Source: Propionibacteriaceae bacterium (GTDB taxonomy: Bacteria > Actinomycetota > Actinomycetes > Propionibacteriales > Propionibacteriaceae). Taken from it: a DNA stretch of 20,696 nucleotides. The DNA is taken from contig JAIRQE010000028.1 of the NCBI GenBank assembly GCA_031256725.1, positions 1 through 20,696 of the forward strand, given 5' to 3'. Position 1 is the first letter of the stretch, and each line of letters starts with the position of its first letter. Below are positions 18,963 through 20,696 of this stretch, one piece after another. The notes beneath the pieces were generated by a model, which did no database searches, was not told the origin of the DNA, and saw nothing but the letters and a program-made list of their open reading frames with translations. A program made the translations under genes and the position numbers.

Positions 18963-19889
18963 GTGATTAAGTGGCATTCCGAATGGATCGACGTACTTGC
19001 AGTGGGACTGATTCTTCTCACACTAGCTCTAGGTCTAGCTAATGATTTCGCCTTGTGGCCAGGGTTGATTCTGGGACTTGTCATCTTGATCGCAGGGTAC
19101 CTAGGGATGAGGCCTGAACTATCACTCACTGTCAACCACAAGATCCCAGATAGCATTGTGGAAAGGGAGGGGATCACTCATGAGCAGTTCGACATGGAAG
19201 ACCATGTGCGAACTGACCTGTCCCACTGTCACGAAAATGTGTCAAAAACGAACCGGCTCCACTGGCACGGTTTTACCTGCGTGATCGCAGTCGTTGGACT
19301 GGTGATCAGTTCTTATTCTTTTAGTCCAGCGAGTGTACTTCTGGCCCTGGTCTGCCCCCTGATATGGTTCACCAGCGGATCCCGTCTTCGTACGGGAATC
19401 CTCGCGAATACTGCTGTGATCGTGATCGTTGCCTGTGCCATTGGAGTGAGATCTTTCATTCGGGGGAACTTGACCCGCGATTGGATGATCATCACTGTGG
19501 CCGGAGTCGTCATAGCCGTCTTCACCATCATGGTTGGTACCATGCTTCATTCAGTCATCACCTGGGCTATCGAAAGAGCCGAGTTGCTGGAAGACCTCAA
19601 AGCATCCCAAACCGACCTAGCTGAGTCCTATCAGGAGTTGATTGCCACGACAACACTCACCCCCATTGATGACTCCCCTCTCTCTGAACGAGAAACTGAG
19701 GTATTAGGCCTCGTCAGCCACGGATATACCAACCGTGAGATCGCCCGCCGACTGTATATCTCCCCAGCAACAGTCAAGACTCACATGGAACATATCTTCA
19801 CCAAACTTGGTACTACTACTCGTACCCAAGCTGTCTTAGTTGCCCACCAGGAAGGTCTCCTGGAATCTACGAATGGCAACCAAGACTAA
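18963..19889 (+). CDS. Membrane-anchored LuxR/GerE-family transcriptional regulator (about 6 TM, coiled-coil-like linker, C-terminal HTH)
   Basis: C-terminus LSERETEVLGLVSHGYTNREIARRLYISPATVKTHMEHIFTKLGTTTRTQAV is a canonical LuxR-type HTH. The N-terminal 200 aa are hydrophobic helices. I see no receiver or kinase motifs. GTG 18963 is preceded by AGGA at 7 nt. Confidence 0.85.
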   Translation: MIKWHSEWIDVLAVGLILLTLALGLANDFALWPGLILGLVILIAGYLGMRPELSLTVNHKIPDSIVEREGITHEQFDMEDHVRTDLSHCHENVSKTNRLHWHGFTCVIAVVGLVISSYSFSPASVLLALVCPLIWFTSGSRLRTGILANTAVIVIVACAIGVRSFIRGNLTRDWMIITVAGVVIAVFTIMVGTMLHSVITWAIERAELLEDLKASQTDLAESYQELIATTTLTPIDDSPLSERETEVLGLVSHGYTNREIARRLYISPATVKTHMEHIFTKLGTTTRTQAVLVAHQEGLLESTNGNQD

Positions 19890-19973
19890 TTGTGGAATAT
19901 CTGGGCGGTAACACTCTTGTCATCACTGGCCCCGTAGACTGAGGGTACGCAGAAGCAATGAAGGAGTACCCCC

Positions 19974-20696
19974 ATGTCCAATCCTCGAAGCATCAGTGAG
20001 GCCATCCATCTGGCGGTAACCCGCCAAGAGTTGCCCTATAACCTGGCCGAGGATGTGATGGATGAAATCATGAACGGCGAAGCTACTCAGATCCAAATGG
20101 CTGCCTACCTCACCGCCATGAGCCTCAAGGGTGAGACGATCACCGAGATCACTGCCTCAGCTGCGGGGATGCGCAAGCATTGTGTACGCCTCCTCAACGA
20201 TATGCCTGTCCTTGAGATTGTGGGTACAGGAGGGGATCACTCCAATTCTTTCAATATTTCGACCACGAGTTCCCTCGTCATCTCAGCAGCAGGGGTACGA
20301 GTGGCGAAGCATGGGAATAGGGCAGCAACCTCGCGTTCCGGGGCGGCTGACGTACTTGAGGCACTCGGGGTCAAGATCGACGTCACCCCCGAGAAGAGCT
20401 TGGAGGTCCTCAGTGAAATCGGTTTGTGCTTCCTCTTTGCCCAGAACTACCACCTTGCGATGAAGTTTGTTGCCCCGGTACGTCGCGAGCTGGGAATCCG
20501 TACAATCTTCAATATCCTCGGCCCGCTCGTCAACCCGGCTGGAGCGAATATAGAACTCTTGGGGGTTTACGACGAAGACCTCGTAGAACCGCTCGCGAAG
20601 GTACTCCACAACTTGGGTGTCGAAAACGCTATGGTCGTCTACGGGCATGACGGTCTTGATGAGATCTCCATGAGTGCCCCGACCTCGGTGTGCGAG
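19974..20696 (+). CDS. trpD: Anthranilate phosphoribosyltransferase (3' end runs off the window)
   Basis: Absent from the ORF track because there is no stop in the window. ATG 19974 is preceded by AAGGAG (19961-19966). Translation is [22 protein letters not shown]...[52 protein letters not shown], which carries the TrpD signature motifs. Confidence 0.92.
   Translation, partial: MSNPRSISEAIHLAVTRQELPYNLAEDVMDEIMNGEATQIQMAAYLTAMSLKGETITEITASAAGMRKHCVRLLNDMPVLEIVGTGGDHSNSFNISTTSSLVISAAGVRVAKHGNRAATSRSGAADVLEALGVKIDVTPEKSLEVLSEIGLCFLFAQNYHLAMKFVAPVRRELGIRTIFNILGPLVNPAGANIELLGVYDEDLVEPLAKVLHNLGVENAMVVYGHDGLDEISMSAPTSVCE

Noticed and set aside
20283-20648. 121-aa minus-strand ORF and 20131-20463 / 20426-20650 plus-strand ORFs
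   Set aside because: They overlap the clearly conserved trpD frame (19974 to the window end) and are shadow or off-frame ORFs.

Overview
Core chromosomal segment with an actinobacterial-type gene order, roughly 52-55% GC in hand-counted stretches. The minus strand carries tRNA-Trp, secE, nusG, rplK, rplA, then rplJ, rplL, a small DUF4333-like lipoprotein, rpoB and rpoC. The plus strand carries trpE, trpG and trpD (cut by the window end), interrupted between trpG and trpD by an ABC ATPase, an ABC-2 permease and a membrane-anchored LuxR-type regulator. I see no complete, recognisable novel multi-gene system such as a defence system, CRISPR array, transposase or integrase. The four non-core points most worth a second look are: (1) An AT-rich insert of about 1.4 kb on the opposite strand splits rplKA from rplJL. 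It holds promoter-like elements, a 63-codon ORF bracketed by an 11-bp inverted repeat, an apparently leaderless GTG-initiated 179-aa single-pass membrane protein, and a truncated SAM-methyltransferase remnant. (2) A hairpin-forming repeat family (ATCCTGCGACT...CAGGATGAC) occurs once in the rpoC 3' UTR and twice in frame inside trpE. (3) The exporter/regulator module sits inside the trp operon. (4) SecE carries a polyacidic N-terminal extension of about 240 aa. Several ORF-track starts are over-extended and are corrected below from SD position, tRNA overlap, lipobox or family N-termini. All homology statements come from reading the translations; no database search was run.
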